Source: Thermoleophilia bacterium (GTDB taxonomy: Bacteria > Actinomycetota > Thermoleophilia > UBA2241). From it: DNA of 64,000 nt. The notes under the pieces are model-generated. The model saw nothing but the letters and a program-made list of their open reading frames with translations. It searched no databases and was not told the origin of the DNA. Below are positions 61,740 to 64,000 of the stretch, piece after piece. Numbering within the stretch: the stretch's first letter is position 1; the number at the start of each line of letters is the position of its first letter. Where the stretch lies: assembly GCA_040772045.1 (NCBI GenBank), contig JAXGYV010000011.1, positions 12,484 to 76,483 of the forward strand, in the 5' to 3' direction. Position numbers and translations under genes: made by a program.

Positions 61740-62489
61740 TCAGCCGCCGTCCATCATCCCCTCGAAGTCGAGCTGGCCGGGTTCGGCCGGTCGTTCGTGC
61801 CACTCCCGGCCATCCAGCTCGCACCCTGTCTCCTTACGGCACACGCCGCCCCATTGCTTGAAAAAGAAGGGCACGCCGGCGACGAGGCACTGATCGCGGA
61901 CGGAACGTACCCAGTCGATGTGCAGGGGCCGCGCGCCAGGGCCCGACTCGCCGCCCAGGATCAGCCAGTCGATGCCGGCAAGGTCGAGTGCGTCGATAGG
62001 GCCCAGGAGCGGCTCGAGCACCAGGTACTTAACCGCCGCGCCGCATCGGCGAAGCTGCTCGGCACGGTACAGGTGAGCGGCATCCTCGACCGTGGCGCCC
62101 GCCCAGATGTTGGCCGGCCAGGGCAGGTGCGGGCTGAGATCCGCGAGCCTTGCCGGCCGCTTGGTGAGCAGGTGGAAGCGGTGTTGGGGCGCGTGTGCCA
62201 TCACGTCGAACACGCGCCCGATGAACTCCTCCGGTACCTCGTCGTGGAACAGGTCGCCCATGAAGCTCACGTAGACCAGGCGCGGCTTTGTCCAGTGCAG
62301 CGGCTTGGCGAGCAGGTCCTCGTGCGTGGTTACCCGGAAGCCGTGGCCGTAGCGGGCATGCCCCATGCCCTGCAGCCGCCGCGCCATGCGCTTCGCCCAG
62401 CAGTGGGCACAGCCGGGGCTGATCTTGGCGCAGCCGGTAGTGGGGTTCCAGCTCTCCTCCGCCCAGCCGATGCCGCGAGCGTTCGTCAT
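61740..62489 (-). CDS. phage Gp37/Gp68-family protein (DUF5131, three-Cys motif)
   Basis: WAEESWNPTTGCAKISPGCAHCWA hallmark motif. Confidence 0.75.
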   Translation of the reverse strand: MTNARGIGWAEESWNPTTGCAKISPGCAHCWAKRMARRLQGMGHARYGHGFRVTTHEDLLAKPLHWTKPRLVYVSFMGDLFHDEVPEEFIGRVFDVMAHAPQHRFHLLTKRPARLADLSPHLPWPANIWAGATVEDAAHLYRAEQLRRCGAAVKYLVLEPLLGPIDALDLAGIDWLILGGESGPGARPLHIDWVRSVRDQCLVAGVPFFFKQWGGVCRKETGCELDGREWHERPAEPGQLDFEGMMDGG

Positions 62490-62612
62490 CCGCTGCTCCC
62501 ACCGGAGAACGCTACAGGATGGCGCGGGCTCCTTCGTACACACCCGCGCCATCCGCCCCTCGCGCGGGATCGCCCGATCAACCCACACCGCCGTGCGGCA
62601 GATGACCGATCG

Positions 62613-63026
62613 TCAGATGTCCGCGCGCGAGCCAATCTCATCGATCACGGCACGCCACTGGCCGTCCTTCTTGTCTTGGTCCGGATCGGGCGGCAGGTTC
62701 TCGAGCTGCTCCGCCGCCTCCGCAGCCGCCCGTTCGAACGACTGCGCATCGCCCGCGCCGCGAAAGAAGACCCTCCGCGGTACCGGCCTCTGGCGCCACT
62801 CGGCAAGCAGAGCCTCGGCCTGCGCTCGCTTGCCCCTGGACGCCATCTTCCGCGCGAGAGCGGCCGCGCGATCGATCCTCGCATTGAGGCAAATATCCTC
62901 GCAGTACTTCTCCGGCGGTGGCGGGCTCCCCTGAACGATCGCATCGATGTCGTCGAGCGAGCTCATCTGCATGGTACCCAGCAAATGACCGAGTTCTTCC
63001 GGAACCTTGTCTCCAAACAGCCCCAT
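62613..63026 (-). CDS. hypothetical protein
   Basis: 137-aa ORF with no recognised motif. Confidence 0.35.
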   Translation of the reverse strand: MGLFGDKVPEELGHLLGTMQMSSLDDIDAIVQGSPPPPEKYCEDICLNARIDRAAALARKMASRGKRAQAEALLAEWRQRPVPRRVFFRGAGDAQSFERAAAEAAEQLENLPPDPDQDKKDGQWRAVIDEIGSRADI

Positions 63027-63227
63027 GTAAGTCCCCCCAGCTTCTCTCGTCGTCCAATCAGACCGCGGCCAACAGCAAACAGTCCGGCCGCTGAAGCGAG
63101 AGAAGCCTACAGGAGAACGCGCCGCTGCAGAATCGAGCGATACGCGATCTCCGGGATCAAGCCATAGCGCTAGAGTTCCGCCGTCCGCACACGGACGACA
63201 GCCATGACGCTATCTCATTGTGCTGTA

Positions 63228-63656
63228 CTATCGCACCACGACCTCGGCATGCATCGATGCCATAGTCGCATGGATAGTGCACTCGTAGTAGTAGACTCCA
63301 GCTTTCTCAAACGTGAACGAAAACGTGTCGCCTTGCGCCATATCCCCACTGTCGAACGTATTCGTAACCTTGGCATCAGTATCTGGGCCATCGGTACTCG
63401 TAACAGTGTGCGAAGCTCTGTCGTCGTTCGTCCACGTGACGGCGGTTCCCACTTTCACCGTCAGTTGAGCAGGCGTGAAGCTGAAGTCCTTGATGCTGAC
63501 GGCAGTGGTCTGATCAGTCGGGGACACCGACGCGACGTCTGAACCGTTGCCGTACCCGCCCGAACCGTTGCCGCTCCCGCAGCCGCCGACTACCATCAGG
63601 GCAATCAGAGTAGCCACCACGAGCATCGGAGCCCAGAGATATCGCTGCGCCTTCAT
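63228..63656 (-). CDS. cupredoxin (plastocyanin/azurin-like blue-copper) lipoprotein
   Basis: Lipobox VVGGCGSG. Type-1 copper ligands H (ASHTV) and CTIHATMASM (C-x2-H-x4-M). Confidence 0.75.
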   Translation of the reverse strand: MKAQRYLWAPMLVVATLIALMVVGGCGSGNGSGGYGNGSDVASVSPTDQTTAVSIKDFSFTPAQLTVKVGTAVTWTNDDRASHTVTSTDGPDTDAKVTNTFDSGDMAQGDTFSFTFEKAGVYYYECTIHATMASMHAEVVVR

Positions 63657-64000
63657 TGGCCTTCCTCTCGAACTGGACGTCTTCCTGACAGACGTTCATC
63701 CCCCGACTATTACCCAAGCGCCGAGCAGTACCCACACGGGGAGGTCGTTGCTGGCAGCAGGGTCACTTGTACGACTCATACACCTGCCGGGTAGACCAGA
63801 GGCATCACCGGCGGACACGAAGACGCTCTCCGTACAGGCGGTGTAAGCGGGCAGCCGGTGGTAGAAGACCTTCATCCGCACACAAAGCGTCCGTTTCTCG
63901 TTACTCTACCGAACCGGCCCACCAGCGCCGCCGAGCACTGGTATCGCATGTTCCTCGCAAGAAGGTCGTATCATAGAGAGCCAGCAAGTCATTCGGAGAG

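Overview
This is a high-GC (~70%) window with largely syntenic, densely packed genes. The ripA–moxR1–VWA cluster, a Ku–LigD NHEJ pair and the tkt-tal-...-zwf-pgl pentose-phosphate operon point to an actinobacterial-type chromosome. Annotation rests only on the six-frame ORFs and motifs I could read in the translations; no searches were run.

Contents in order:
- a partial EamA-family permease;
- an AddA/AddB-like two-subunit helicase-nuclease whose reading frames are broken several times;
- RNase P RNA (rnpB, minus strand, followed by a strong hairpin);
- a dlt-like five-gene operon: Isf-like flavoprotein, acyl carrier protein, DltA-like adenylating enzyme, MBOAT (DltB-like) and DltD-like SGNH protein;
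- the pentose-phosphate cluster, in which zwf and pgl each carry a 2-bp shift inside a GC dinucleotide repeat;
- FakA/YloV, a DUF1295 membrane protein, an epimerase, a UvrD-like helicase with an unassigned N-terminal extension, and a HAD–PurM-like fusion with no canonical start codon;
- RipA-like NlpC/P60 hydrolase, MoxR, VWA protein and an SLT-domain hydrolase;
- a sigma-70 factor;
- a minus-strand cluster of TetR, acyl-CoA ligase and Liv-type ABC transporter, headed by a lower-GC protein of unknown function;
- an HTH–GAF–HD-GYP–GGDEF c-di-GMP protein, a P-type ATPase, Ku and LigD;
- a low-GC GT4 glycosyltransferase, a phage Gp37/Gp68 (DUF5131) protein and a cupredoxin.

I found no CRISPR array, tRNA or rRNA.

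The most interesting candidate is the dlt-like ACP/MBOAT acylation operon with its Isf partner. Second is the recurrent frame disruption at GC dinucleotide tracts in zwf, pgl and addA. addB is also broken, but its indel is not localised to a GC tract.
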